Assembly (NCBI GenBank): GCA_036479555.1
Contig: JAZGFP010000002.1
Coordinates: 286,802 to 350,801 of the forward strand
DNA: 64,000 nucleotides
DNA from: Sphingorhabdus sp.
Lineage (GTDB): Bacteria > Pseudomonadota > Alphaproteobacteria > Sphingomonadales > Sphingomonadaceae
Direction of reading: 5' to 3'
Under the pieces are notes generated by a model. That model searched no databases. It was not told the DNA's origin and saw nothing but the letters and a program-made list of their open reading frames with translations. How positions within the stretch are numbered: position 1 is the stretch's first letter; every line of letters begins with the position of its first letter. This document shows, piece after piece, positions 47,749 through 57,646 of this stretch. The position numbers were made by a program, and so were the translations under genes.

Positions 47749-49560
47749 TCACTCCTCCTCAAACAATCCGGCAAGCTGCTCGATCATTGTCCCGCCCAAC
47801 TGCTCGGCATCCATGATTGTCACTGCACGGCGATAGTGGCGGGTGACATCATGGCCGATGCCGATGGCGATCAATTGCACCGGACTGCGCGTTTCGATCC
47901 ATTCGATCACCTTGCGCAAATGCTGCTCAAGGTAGCCGCCATTGTTGACCGACAGCGTGCTGTCATCAACCGGCGCGCCATCGGAGATCACCATCATGAT
48001 GCGGCGATCTTCGCTACGCGTCATCAGGCGGCTATGCGCCCAGAGCAATGCCTCGCCGTCGATATTTTCCTTAAGCAGCCCTTCGCGCATCATCAGGCCG
48101 AGATTGCGCTTTGCATGCCGCCATGGTTCGTCGGCTTTCTTGTAGATGATATGGCGCAGATCATTGAGCCGGCCCGGATGGCTCGGACGCCCGGCATTAA
48201 GCCAGTCTTCGCGCGCTTGTCCGCCCTTCCACGCCCGTGTGGTGAAGCCCAATATTTCGGTCTTTACGCCGCAGCGTTCCAATGTGCGCGCCAATATGTC
48301 GGCGCTGATCGCGGCGATGGAGATGGGGCGGCCGCGCATTGAGCCGCTATTGTCGATCAATAGCGTCACCACCGTATCGCGAAATTCGGTCTCTCGCTCG
48401 ACCTTGTATGACAGCGAATAGCCTGGCGCGACGACGATACGCGCCAGCCGCGCGGCATCGAGCATGCCTTCTTCCTGATCGAAATCCCAACTGCGATTTT
48501 GCTGTGCCATCAACCGGCGTTGCAACCGGTTGGCGAGCTTGGTCACAGTGCTTTGCAGCGTCGCAAGCTGAGTATCGAGATAAGCGCGAAGCCGGTCCAG
48601 CTCTTCTTCGTCGGCCAGCTCTGATGCGGTGATTATCTCGTCATATTTTTCGGACCATGCTCTATATTCCGACGGCGGGGCATGGTCCCAATTGCGGCGT
48701 TGCGGGTTGACGGGCTGCATGCCTCCGTCGTCCATATCGCCCTCGGCCCCTTCTTCACCGTCGATGTCCGATTGCTCGGCCTCGCTGCCATCTTCGTCGC
48801 CTTCGCCCTCTTGCGGCTCTGCGCGGGCGTCGCTTTCGCCGCTATCGCCTTCTTCCTGCTCATCCTCGCCTTCGCCAGAATCGTCATCGTCACCATCATC
48901 ATCACTGCCGTCATCGTCCGATGGATCAATGTTGCCTTCGGTCAGGTCGAGATGTTCGAGCAGCGAGTGCGCTAGCGCTGCAAAAGCATTCTGGTCATCG
49001 AGCGCCAAGCCGAGCGCATCGAGGTCGCTGCCGGCTTTCTCCTCTATCCACTCGCGTAGCATAGATACGCCCTGCGCTGCGGCCTCGGGCACCGCCGCTC
49101 CGGTTAGCCGCTCCCGCACGATCAGCGACAGCGCGGTTGAAATCGGTACTTCTTCGCCGGATTGCGCGCGGGTGATCGGGTCGGTTTTGAGCTTCATTTC
49201 CAGCGCGTTATCCAGATTGGCAGCAACGCCCGACATTGACCGCGTGCCGAGCGCCTCTATCCGCGCAGTCTCTACGGCATCGAATGCCGCTGCTGCGATC
49301 GCTTCGCTCGGGCGGAGCGCGGCGTGTCTTGCGGCATTATGATATTTCAGATGCAGCGCGAAGCTATCGGCAAAGCCGCGTGCTTCGGCCACCTGTTGCG
49401 GCGGCAGACTGCGCCCCGGCATAGGCACGCGCATATTGAGGCCGCTTTGCGATGGTGCATCAGCAGTGAAGGCAAGCTCGACCTCAGCCTCCTGTGCCAG
49501 TGCGCGCGCTGTTCCGGTCAGCACCGATTTGAAATCATCAAGAGGCATTTTGTCGGCCAT
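47749..49560 (-). CDS. cobT: CobT (acidic linker plus VWA domain)
   Basis: LARRL-like [51 protein letters not shown]. Confidence 0.97.
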   Translation of the reverse strand: MADKMPLDDFKSVLTGTARALAQEAEVELAFTADAPSQSGLNMRVPMPGRSLPPQQVAEARGFADSFALHLKYHNAARHAALRPSEAIAAAAFDAVETARIEALGTRSMSGVAANLDNALEMKLKTDPITRAQSGEEVPISTALSLIVRERLTGAAVPEAAAQGVSMLREWIEEKAGSDLDALGLALDDQNAFAALAHSLLEHLDLTEGNIDPSDDDGSDDDGDDDDSGEGEDEQEEGDSGESDARAEPQEGEGDEDGSEAEQSDIDGEEGAEGDMDDGGMQPVNPQRRNWDHAPPSEYRAWSEKYDEIITASELADEEELDRLRAYLDTQLATLQSTVTKLANRLQRRLMAQQNRSWDFDQEEGMLDAARLARIVVAPGYSLSYKVERETEFRDTVVTLLIDNSGSMRGRPISIAAISADILARTLERCGVKTEILGFTTRAWKGGQAREDWLNAGRPSHPGRLNDLRHIIYKKADEPWRHAKRNLGLMMREGLLKENIDGEALLWAHSRLMTRSEDRRIMMVISDGAPVDDSTLSVNNGGYLEQHLRKVIEWIETRSPVQLIAIGIGHDVTRHYRRAVTIMDAEQLGGTMIEQLAGLFEEE

Positions 49561-49629
49561 TGCGCTATTCCTAAGCGCATTGGCCGACGATTTGAAAGGG
49601 GTATTTTGCTACTCCTTGGTGGGCCGCGG

Positions 49630-49995
49630 CTAATCGAGAACGGTAACGCGTCCGTGGCGGATATAACCCTTCTCGATCATCTCTTTGCGGTAGTCTTTGC
49701 GCGCATCGATTAGCTCGCGGTTATATTCTTCCCATGCCTCACGGCGGTCCTGGCCGGTTTTTGCGCGGCGCAGATCCTTGCGCAGTTCATTTTCGGCCTC
49801 CAGCACATCGGATTGATAGTCATACCAGTAATTGTTACGCACACCTGCGATCGGCCGCTTCATTATCCGGTCGTGATGTTCGGGGCCGGGATGGGCTTTG
49901 GCCGATGGTATGCTGCCATCAGAAGACAGCGCCCCGCCACCGGCGGCAAGCAGCGCTGCAATAGTCAATTTTGCCAGATTGTTTCTATTTATCAT
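49630..49995 (-). CDS. Exported alpha-helical hypothetical protein
   Basis: Signal-peptide-like N-terminus; GAGGAG SD 7 nt before ATG 49995; charged helical C-terminus. Confidence 0.75.
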   Translation of the reverse strand: MINRNNLAKLTIAALLAAGGGALSSDGSIPSAKAHPGPEHHDRIMKRPIAGVRNNYWYDYQSDVLEAENELRKDLRRAKTGQDRREAWEEYNRELIDARKDYRKEMIEKGYIRHGRVTVLD

Positions 49996-50094
49996 GGTCA
50001 TTCTCCTCACCATCGAGTCGCCCCGAGTATGGGAATGCGCCATCAGCCTGTCGCTGGGATGAATAGCTTTGCTGTTTCAGCGCTGAACCGATTG

Positions 50095-52275
50095 TCAGTT
50101 GCGACCAGAGGATTCTTTTTCGCGAGGCCTTATATCAATACCGTCACGCCCGAGCCGAATATCAAGCGGCACACCATCAATTTCGGTAGTTACCGTCAGC
50201 CCATCTTCTTCATCTAGCTTCACATCCGATCCGCCAATATTGATGCTATCGGGTAGCTGCGGAATTTCGGGCAGGTCGAGCGGTTCCACTGGCCCGTCAG
50301 ATTTCGGCTTTGGTGCTGGTTTGGCCGGCTTAGCCGGAGCTGCGCCCTTTAGCGCGCTATTCATAAAGTCGCGCCAGATGCGCGCCGGCGTTGTCCCGCC
50401 ATTAACGCCCTTTAGCGGGCTATTGTCATCATTGCCCACCCACACGCCGACGATGAGGTCGCCAGCATAGCCGACAAAGATCGCATCGCGGTTATCCTGA
50501 CTGGTGCCGGTCTTGCCATAATTTGCAATGCGCAGCCGGGCATTTCGCCCGGTGCCGCTATTGACGGCATAGCGCAGCATTTCCTCCATGTCGGAATGAA
50601 CGCGTTCGCTGAAACTGCGCTGCGGGCTGAACAGCCAGTCGAACCAGCCTTCTTCTTCGGCTTCAAATGCGCGCGGTGCAACCGGGTAGTTATCCGCAGA
50701 CAGCGCGGCATAGGCAGATGTCAGCTCAAGCAAAGTCATCGTCGAGGTGCCGAGCGCCAGGCTTGGATCGTCCTTGGCCAGTTTGCTCTTTATGCCCAGA
50801 TCGCGGGCTACGCGGATGACCTTGTCATCGCCGAGATGATTGAACAGCCCCACTGCAGCCACATTGCTTGAGCGCGCAAAGGCTGTCTTCAACGTGATTT
50901 CTCCGCGATAGCGACCGCCGGAATTTTTGGGGCGGTAACTGCCTTTGGTAATCTCGCTGTCATCGACCACGCTATCGGGCCGCATCCCCGATTTGAGGGC
51001 AGCCAGATAAACGAATAGCTTGAAGGTGGAGCCGGGTTGCCGCCGCGCCTGCGTCACGCGGTTGAAAGATGACTTGGCATAATTCCGCCCGCCAACCATC
51101 GCCACCACTTCGCCCGTGGGCCGCATCGCAACGAGCGCAACCTGCGCCTTGCCAAGCCCCGCCCGTCCGATGGCGCGCCGCGCCGCCTTTTGCAGCTTCG
51201 CGTCGAGCGTCGTCGCGACCGTAAGCTTGCTATAGCTATGCTCGCTAAATGCGCGCGCTTGCGGCATTGCCCAATCGGCGAAATAGGTTCCCGTTGGCAG
51301 TGTGTTTCGGGTGCGCACGTCGATCTGCGCGCGCGGCAACGCGTTGGCTTTACCAGCATCCATAAAGCCGGCATTGATCATCGCATTTCTAACCAGCTTT
51401 GCCCGTTTGCGCGCCAGCCGCAGGTTTCTGGTAGGCGCGAGGCGCGAAGGGGCTTGCACCAGTCCGGCGAGCATCATCGCCTGCTCGGGTTTCAACCTTT
51501 CGGGCTGGCGATAGAAATAATGCAGCGATGCAGCGCGCAGCCCGTACATATTGTCGCCGAAATAAGCGTTTGAAAGATAGCGTTCGAGTATCTCGTCCTT
51601 GGAAAGCCGGGCCTCCAGCCAGAAAGCGATCAGCATCTCGCGCGCTTTGCGAGTTAGGCTGCGTTCGGGCGTCAGGAAAGTGAATTTGGCGAGCTGCTGC
51701 GTAATCGTGCTGCCGCCCTGAGTACCGCTGGAGCCCGAAATATTCGACCATAGCGCGCGGGCCAGACCGCGCGGATCAACGCCAATATGCGAATAGAAAC
51801 GCCGATCCTCAATCGCCAAGAACGCATTCACAACATGGGGGGGTAGGTCGGCAACTTTGACTGGTCGGTCAACCACGGCCCCGCTGCGCGCAATCGGTGT
51901 ACCGTCGCTCGCCGTCAAGGTCAGCTGCGGCGGCGCAATAGGTTGCAGGCTTTTCGACATTGGCGCGGTTATCGCCAGCCAGACCAGCAGGATGAAAAAG
52001 AGGAGTAAAGCTGCGCCAAAGCCCCGGCTAAACCACCACCAGCGCGACCGGCGGGGTTTTTGCGGAAGGGGGGCGTCGATTGGGCGCGCGTCATCATAGC
52101 CGCCATCCGCCTCCGCACTGGCCCGGGCATAGACCGGATCGTTTTCGTCCGCCTCCCAACCTATATAGCCATAGTCCCGGGAGGTCTCACCTTGCGAACC
52201 AGCGCGCCGTCCAAATGGCCACCAGCGGTGCTTTGGGGCGCTGCCCTGCGCGGAACGTGTGGTGAAATCATCCAT
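50095..52275 (-). CDS. Class A penicillin-binding protein (PBP1A family)
   Basis: AIEDRRF, GGSTITQQL, RKARE; transpeptidase PGSTFK, SSN, KTGT. Confidence 0.96.
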   Translation of the reverse strand: MDDFTTRSAQGSAPKHRWWPFGRRAGSQGETSRDYGYIGWEADENDPVYARASAEADGGYDDARPIDAPLPQKPRRSRWWWFSRGFGAALLLFFILLVWLAITAPMSKSLQPIAPPQLTLTASDGTPIARSGAVVDRPVKVADLPPHVVNAFLAIEDRRFYSHIGVDPRGLARALWSNISGSSGTQGGSTITQQLAKFTFLTPERSLTRKAREMLIAFWLEARLSKDEILERYLSNAYFGDNMYGLRAASLHYFYRQPERLKPEQAMMLAGLVQAPSRLAPTRNLRLARKRAKLVRNAMINAGFMDAGKANALPRAQIDVRTRNTLPTGTYFADWAMPQARAFSEHSYSKLTVATTLDAKLQKAARRAIGRAGLGKAQVALVAMRPTGEVVAMVGGRNYAKSSFNRVTQARRQPGSTFKLFVYLAALKSGMRPDSVVDDSEITKGSYRPKNSGGRYRGEITLKTAFARSSNVAAVGLFNHLGDDKVIRVARDLGIKSKLAKDDPSLALGTSTMTLLELTSAYAALSADNYPVAPRAFEAEEEGWFDWLFSPQRSFSERVHSDMEEMLRYAVNSGTGRNARLRIANYGKTGTSQDNRDAIFVGYAGDLIVGVWVGNDDNSPLKGVNGGTTPARIWRDFMNSALKGAAPAKPAKPAPKPKSDGPVEPLDLPEIPQLPDSINIGGSDVKLDEEDGLTVTTEIDGVPLDIRLGRDGIDIRPREKESSGRN

Positions 52276-52287
52276 TAGGGAACTGTG

Positions 52288-52564
52288 TTATCTCAATAAC
52301 ACGCAATAAGCGAGAGTGAAAATACAGCCCCGTGCCCTCCCCCTTGATGGAGGAATCTGCTTGCGCCAGCGCCACTGAGAGAAATTTTCTTTAAGCAGAT
52401 ACCACATGGTGCGCTCTGCCTCGGTCATGCTTTTGCGAAGTTTTCGTGCTCTTGCGGTTGCGCCCGGCGGCGGATGGCGTTTCATTTCGAGAGATCACCC
52501 GCATCCAAGTTCGCGTAGCAGACAAGCTGCAACGCTACCTATCCTTCCCCCATCAAGGGGGAAG
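52288..52564 (-). pseudogene. Truncated DUF559 (Vsr-like endonuclease) gene between inverted CCCCC-N5-GGGGG hairpins
   Basis: ARARKLRKSMTEAERTMW...WRWRKQIP then runs into hairpin arm at 52335-52352; intact hairpin CTTCCCCC-ATCAA-GGGGGAAG at 52544-52564. Confidence 0.75.
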
Positions 52565-52580
52565 CGGGACAGGTTATCAG

Positions 52581-53573
52581 CTAGGTCGCGCCAACCACAC
52601 TCTCCGGCAATTCAGTACCAAACACGCGCTGGTAATATTCGGCGACGAGCATCCGTTCTGCCTCATCGCATTTATTGAGGAAGGACAGGCGGAAGGCGAA
52701 GCCGATATCTTTGAAGATCGCGGTGTTCTGCGCCCAGGTGATCACCGTACGCGGGCTCATCACTGTGCTTATGTCGCCGTTGATGAAGCCCTGCCGGGTC
52801 ATGTCGGCGACTTTCACCATATTTTCGACCACCGCAGGATCGGTGCCTTCGGCCTTTGACAAGACAATCTCGCTTTCCACCTTAGCGGAGAGATAGTTGA
52901 GACCAACGACGATATTCCAGCGATCCATCTGGCCCTGATTGATCGCCTGCGTGCCGTGATACAGTCCGCTAGTATCGCCGAGGCCGACGGTGTTCGATGT
53001 CGAGAAGAGCCGGAAATAGGGGTTCGGGCGGATCACCCGGTTTTGATCGAGCAAAGTCAGCTTGCCTTCAGCCTCCAGCACGCGCTGGATCACGAACATC
53101 ACATCGGGGCGGCCGGCATCATATTCGTCAAACACAAGCGCCGTCGGGGTCTGCAACGCCCAAGGGAGCAGGCCTTCGCGAAATTCGGTAACCTGCTGAC
53201 CATCGCGCAGCACAATCGCATCGCGGCCTATCAGGTCGATACGGCTGATATGCGCATCCAGATTGATCCGAATGCAGGGCCAGTTCAGCCGCGCGGCGAC
53301 TTGTTCGATATGGGTTGATTTTCCGGTGCCGTGATAGCCCTGCACCATCACCCGGCGGTTGAAGGCAAAGCCGGCAACGATCGCGAGTGTGGTATCGGGA
53401 TCAAAGACATAGCTGGCATCATGATCGGGCACGCGCTCGTCGGCTTCGCTAAAGGCCGGGCATTCCATATCGACATCAATGCCAAACACCTCACGCACGC
53501 TGATAGTCTTGTCAGGCGCGTCCATAAGGGTCGTTCCGCTGGTTCCGGCGGAGATGTTGGGTATGTCGGTCAT
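52581..53573 (-). CDS. cobS: CobS (AAA+ ATPase)
   Basis: [29 protein letters not shown]. Confidence 0.97.
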   Translation of the reverse strand: MTDIPNISAGTSGTTLMDAPDKTISVREVFGIDVDMECPAFSEADERVPDHDASYVFDPDTTLAIVAGFAFNRRVMVQGYHGTGKSTHIEQVAARLNWPCIRINLDAHISRIDLIGRDAIVLRDGQQVTEFREGLLPWALQTPTALVFDEYDAGRPDVMFVIQRVLEAEGKLTLLDQNRVIRPNPYFRLFSTSNTVGLGDTSGLYHGTQAINQGQMDRWNIVVGLNYLSAKVESEIVLSKAEGTDPAVVENMVKVADMTRQGFINGDISTVMSPRTVITWAQNTAIFKDIGFAFRLSFLNKCDEAERMLVAEYYQRVFGTELPESVVGAT

Positions 53574-53650
53574 TGGAAAACTCTTGGTCTGATTGCTTGG
53601 ACGATGCAATAGTCATTATTAGAGCAAAGAGTCGAGAGGGAGATGAACAG

Positions 53651-54031
53651 ATGGGTTATATTGATGGATATGTTTTTCCGGTTCCAGAAGAGAACAAAGA
53701 CATGGTCGTTGAACATGCGAAGCTCATGGACGCGTTGATGATTGATTGCGGAGCCATCCGCGTGATGGAATGCTGGCAGGATGAAGTTCAAAAAGGCAAG
53801 GTAAACGACTTCTTTACGGCGGTGGGCACCAAAGAAGACGAAAAGATAATGTTTTCCTTCGTCGAATGGCCGGACAAGGAAACCCGCGATGCGGCAATGC
53901 AAAAAATGCCCCAAATGATGGATGCCCCCGAATTCAAGGCGCATTTTGAAGAGCTAGGCGAGCAGATGCCATTTGATGGAAAGCGGATGATTATGGGCGG
54001 TTTCCGTCCGGTTTTAGTGCTGGAGAGGTAG
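53651..54031 (+). CDS. DUF1428 family protein
   Basis: YIDGYVFPVP, EWPDKETRD, MPFDGKRMI.GGF. Confidence 0.9.
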   Translation: MGYIDGYVFPVPEENKDMVVEHAKLMDALMIDCGAIRVMECWQDEVQKGKVNDFFTAVGTKEDEKIMFSFVEWPDKETRDAAMQKMPQMMDAPEFKAHFEELGEQMPFDGKRMIMGGFRPVLVLER

Positions 54032-54066
54032 AGATTCACTCTGCTCCCAATCCGAATTACACAACA

Positions 54067-54090
54067 CTCCTGACAACACGCTGTCAGGAG
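54067..54090. promoter_or_regulatory. Operator-like inverted repeat CTCCTGACA-N6-TGTCAGGAG upstream of VOC-yafY
   Basis: Perfect 9-bp inverted repeat. Confidence 0.65.
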
Positions 54091-54136
54091 GGGTATGCCA
54101 GTAGGGGCTTGTTCAACCAAACAAAGGAACAAGCAA

Positions 54137-54514
54137 ATGACCGAAGCAACACAAGGAAACATAGTATTTACCGAAATTCCCGCCACCGATCCAAAGCGCG
54201 CCTGCAAATTCTATGAAACTTTGCTGGAGGCTCCGCTGACCAAGGATGACAACGGCCCTAATCCGATCTGGATGTTTCCTCACTCCGAGGGTGCCTCCTC
54301 ATCGGGACATCTATACCCCGGCGCACCCGCCAAAGAAGGTGAAGGGATGACGGCCCATTTCGGGATAACCGGCGAACTTAATGACGCGATGGAGCGGGTC
54401 AAAGATGGGGGCGGCGAAGTCATTTCCGAAGTGATTGATATCTATGTCGGCTCCTTCTTTTATGCCAAGGATACCGAAGGTAATTCGCTCGGCATCTTCA
54501 AGTCTAAGAGCTAG
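54137..54514 (+). CDS. VOC (glyoxalase/bleomycin resistance-like) family protein
   Basis: FTEIPA, FYE, GGEV, KDTEGNSLG. Confidence 0.9.
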   Translation: MTEATQGNIVFTEIPATDPKRACKFYETLLEAPLTKDDNGPNPIWMFPHSEGASSSGHLYPGAPAKEGEGMTAHFGITGELNDAMERVKDGGGEVISEVIDIYVGSFFYAKDTEGNSLGIFKSKS

Positions 54515-54526
54515 GCCCTGACCCTG

Positions 54527-55219
54527 ATGCGCAGAGCCGACCGCCTTTTTCAGATTGTTCAATATCTGCGTGGCGATCGGCTCATTACTGCGGCAATAAT
54601 GGCCGAGCGTCTGGAAGTGTCGGAGCGTACTATTTACCGCGACATTGCCGATCTGCAATCCACTGGAGTACCGATCGATGGCGAAGCGGGTGTCGGCTAT
54701 ATCATGCGCAGCGGCTTTGATCTGCCGCCGCTGATGTTTACCCGCGAAGAAATTGTCGCGCTGGTGACGGGAGCGCGAATGGTGAAGGCCTGGGGCGGCA
54801 CCGCGATGATCAGCGCTGCCGAAGAGGCGCTGGTCAAAATACAGGCGGTGCTTCCGGAGGAAGATAGGGCGCGTGTAGCGGGGACCACGGTTTTTGCACC
54901 GCAAATGGGGCTCGCGGATCAGACCCGAGATTTGATTGATCGCTGCGAAGCAGCGGTTGAGGCGCGTCAAATTCTGTCCTTTGAATATAGCGACAAAGAT
55001 GGTTCTGCAACGAAACGGAGCGTAAGGCCGCTTGGCCTTTGGTTCTGGGGCAAGGTGTGGACGCTGGTTGCATGGTGCGAATTGCGCGAAGATTTCCGGA
55101 TGTTCCGGCTGGACCGCATTTCCGGTCTGGAACTTTTGGGGCGCAGATATGAGCCCGCGCCTGAGCGCTCTCTTGTCGAGTTTCTGTGCCAGATCGAAGC
55201 CAAATATGGCAAGCAATGA
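54527..55219 (+). CDS. YafY-family HTH-WYL transcriptional regulator
   Basis: MRRADRLFQIV, SERTIYRDI, GEAGVGY, RSVRPLGL, WCELREDFRMFRLDRI. Confidence 0.95.
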   Translation: MRRADRLFQIVQYLRGDRLITAAIMAERLEVSERTIYRDIADLQSTGVPIDGEAGVGYIMRSGFDLPPLMFTREEIVALVTGARMVKAWGGTAMISAAEEALVKIQAVLPEEDRARVAGTTVFAPQMGLADQTRDLIDRCEAAVEARQILSFEYSDKDGSATKRSVRPLGLWFWGKVWTLVAWCELREDFRMFRLDRISGLELLGRRYEPAPERSLVEFLCQIEAKYGKQ

Positions 55220-55328
55220 TCTGTGTAGTTCGCGTCCGCTGAAATGCTGATGGCTTGACTCATTACGGCTGAACGCCGACGATTGAAGCGTATTGTGCCG
55301 TAGCGGCGAAATTATCGAGAGAGAAAAA

Positions 55329-56081
55329 ATGAAAAACCATCTTTACGCGCTTGCTGCGCTTTCGCTTGCGGTCGCGGCTACCGGCTGCGCAACTGCGGGT
55401 CAGCACGACGCGCCCGCTATTGACAATAGCGCGCGCCCTGCCGCTGATGTCAAGCGCGATGCCGTGCGGCAACCCGCCGAGATGATGAAGTTTGCCAAGA
55501 TAGGAGCCGGTCAGACGGTGGTTGATATGCTTCCGGGCGGCGGATATTTCACGCGTGTGTTCTCGCAAGCCGTTGGGCCAGAAGGTAAGGTGGTGGCGCT
55601 GGTTTCCGAGCAATATGCGAAGCGCTTCCCGAAGATGGGCAAAGCTATCAAGGATCTGGCCGCCGAACCAGCCTACAGCAATGTCGAGGCGGCAATCCGA
55701 TTCCTAGGCAATGTTGGCGCGCCGAACAGTGTTGACCGTGTGTGGACCGCACAAAATTATCATGACTTGAAAAGCAGCAAGCTGCCCGCCGGAACCGCCG
55801 CGGCCATAAACAGTGCGGTTTTTGCCGCACTCAAACCGGGCGGCTATTATGTCATTCTCGATCATAGCGCTGAGGCTGGCTCCGGCGCGCGTGATGTCGA
55901 TACGCTTCACCGGATCGATGCAGAAGCGCTCAAGGCCGAAGTGGTAGCCGCTGGGTTTGTATTTGACGGCGAAAGTAAATTGCTAGCCAACGCGGCAGAT
56001 GATCGCTCGGTGATAGTCTTTAACCCTGCAGTTCGCGGCAAAACCGATCAGTTCGTCTTCCGCTTCAAGAAGCCGGAATAA
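55329..56081 (+). CDS. Exported predicted class I SAM-dependent methyltransferase
   Basis: Signal/lipoprotein leader (ATGC); RQPAEMMKF, DMLPGGGYFT, NYHD, LKPGG...DH, TDQFVFRF. Confidence 0.85.
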   Translation: MKNHLYALAALSLAVAATGCATAGQHDAPAIDNSARPAADVKRDAVRQPAEMMKFAKIGAGQTVVDMLPGGGYFTRVFSQAVGPEGKVVALVSEQYAKRFPKMGKAIKDLAAEPAYSNVEAAIRFLGNVGAPNSVDRVWTAQNYHDLKSSKLPAGTAAAINSAVFAALKPGGYYVILDHSAEAGSGARDVDTLHRIDAEALKAEVVAAGFVFDGESKLLANAADDRSVIVFNPAVRGKTDQFVFRFKKPE

Positions 56082-56093
56082 GTGGGAACCATC

Positions 56094-56369
56094 ATGTCCG
56101 AAGGTTCAGTCCAGCAGGAAATGGAAGAATTACTAACCGCGGCCTTTGCGCCGGAGCATCTTGCCGTCATCAATGACAGCGCCAAACATAGCGGCCATAG
56201 CGGCGATGATGGCTCGGGCGAAAGCCATTTCACCGTGGAAATTACCAGTGCCGCCTTTGCCGGGGTTGCCCGTGTCCAGCGGCAGCGGATGGTGAATAAG
56301 GCGCTCGGCGATATTCCCGGAGAGCGCGTCCATGCGCTGGCGATCAAGGCGAAAGCGGCTGGAGAGTGA
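56094..56369 (+). CDS. bolA: BolA family protein
   Basis: NDSAKHSGH, ESHF, RQRMV, VHAL. Confidence 0.95.
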   Translation: MSEGSVQQEMEELLTAAFAPEHLAVINDSAKHSGHSGDDGSGESHFTVEITSAAFAGVARVQRQRMVNKALGDIPGERVHALAIKAKAAGE

Positions 56370-56734
56370 TGGCTAGTAAGGTCAATCTGGAGGATGCCTT
56401 TTCCAAAATACCCGAAGCATGGCAGCCCAAAGTCGCAGGCGATATCAATGATATGCAGGTGAAGCTTGCCAAATTTTCCGGCAAGTTTGATTGGCATCAC
56501 CACGAGCAAGAAGACGAGCTGTTTCTGGTTGTCGAAGGCCGTATGCGGATGGGGCTACGCGACGGCGATGTCGATTTGGATGCGGGCGAGTTTATTATCG
56601 TTCCGCATGGCGTAGAACATTGCCCCGAAGCGCTATCGGAGGAATGTCATGTGCTGATGCTCGAACCGAAAACGACGCTAAATACAGGCAATGTCATCAA
56701 CGAACGCACGGTACAGGAGCCGGAGAGGCTGTGA
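56369..56734 (+). CDS. Cupin domain protein
   Basis: F.WHHHE..DELF, IVPHGVEHCP. Confidence 0.92.
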   Translation: MASKVNLEDAFSKIPEAWQPKVAGDINDMQVKLAKFSGKFDWHHHEQEDELFLVVEGRMRMGLRDGDVDLDAGEFIIVPHGVEHCPEALSEECHVLMLEPKTTLNTGNVINERTVQEPERL

Positions 56735-57633
56735 GCGATGTGACGAAACGGCGCCATGTGCTTCCCACCGGTGTCGACCTTGACGTTTTTACCGTTGGCG
56801 ACCCGGCCAATCCGCCGATAATTTTTCTGCATGGTTTTCCCGAAAGCCACCGGACATGGCGGCATCAGATGGCGGCGCTTTCTGGTGATTATTATTGTAT
56901 CGCGCCCGATCAGCGCGGTTTTGCTGGCTCTTCCAAACCGCCCGAGATTGGCGATTATACGCCTGACAAGCCGGTGGCTGACCTGTTTGCGCTCGCCGAT
57001 GCGCTGGGCCTGGATAGGTTTACCCTTGCGGCGCATGATTGGGGCGGAGCGATTGCCTGGATGGCGGCGCTCAAGCAGCCGGAGCGCATTGACCGGCTGA
57101 TGATGTGCAATTCGGCGCATCCGCTGGTGTTTCAACGCACGCTTTATGACGACATGGATCAGCGCGCAGCCTCGCAATATATGAATGCCTTCAAAGGTGA
57201 CCGGATAGATCGAAGTATTGCGGAGAAGGGGTTGGAGTGGTTCTATGACCACAGCTTTATGCGGCATCTGACGCCGGAGCAGATGGATCTGCAGGAGCGT
57301 GCGGCCTATCTTGACGAATGGAGCCAGCCCGGCGCGATGACGGCGATGCTCAAATGGTACAAGGCAACCAATATGATCGTCCCGCCGATGGAAGGCGAGG
57401 TAGAGCGACCGGCATTTCTGGACAAGCCTTTTCCGGTGATTGCTATCCCGACTTTGGTGGTGTGGGGCGTGCGTGACCCGGCGTTGTTGCAGTGTCAGCT
57501 TGATGGGCTGGAGGAGCTGGTCGAGGATCTAACGATACTGAAGGTGGATGCGGGGCATTTCGTCACTTGGGAAGCGGCGGATGCAGTGAATGATGCGATG
57601 GCCGGGTGGCTGGGGAAAACCCCTCTTGCCTGA
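56731..57633 (+). CDS. Alpha/beta hydrolase (epoxide-hydrolase-like)
   Basis: LHGFPES, PDQRG, AHDWGG, WGVRD, AGHF; GTGA overlap. Confidence 0.93.
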   Translation: MSDVTKRRHVLPTGVDLDVFTVGDPANPPIIFLHGFPESHRTWRHQMAALSGDYYCIAPDQRGFAGSSKPPEIGDYTPDKPVADLFALADALGLDRFTLAAHDWGGAIAWMAALKQPERIDRLMMCNSAHPLVFQRTLYDDMDQRAASQYMNAFKGDRIDRSIAEKGLEWFYDHSFMRHLTPEQMDLQERAAYLDEWSQPGAMTAMLKWYKATNMIVPPMEGEVERPAFLDKPFPVIAIPTLVVWGVRDPALLQCQLDGLEELVEDLTILKVDAGHFVTWEAADAVNDAMAGWLGKTPLA

Positions 57634-57646
57634 TGGGTGAGCGGGG

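Noticed and set aside
56491-56730. N-terminal 80-aa extension of the alpha/beta hydrolase ORF
   Set aside because: Overlaps the cupin gene out of frame; a GTGA-coupled start at 56731 fits better
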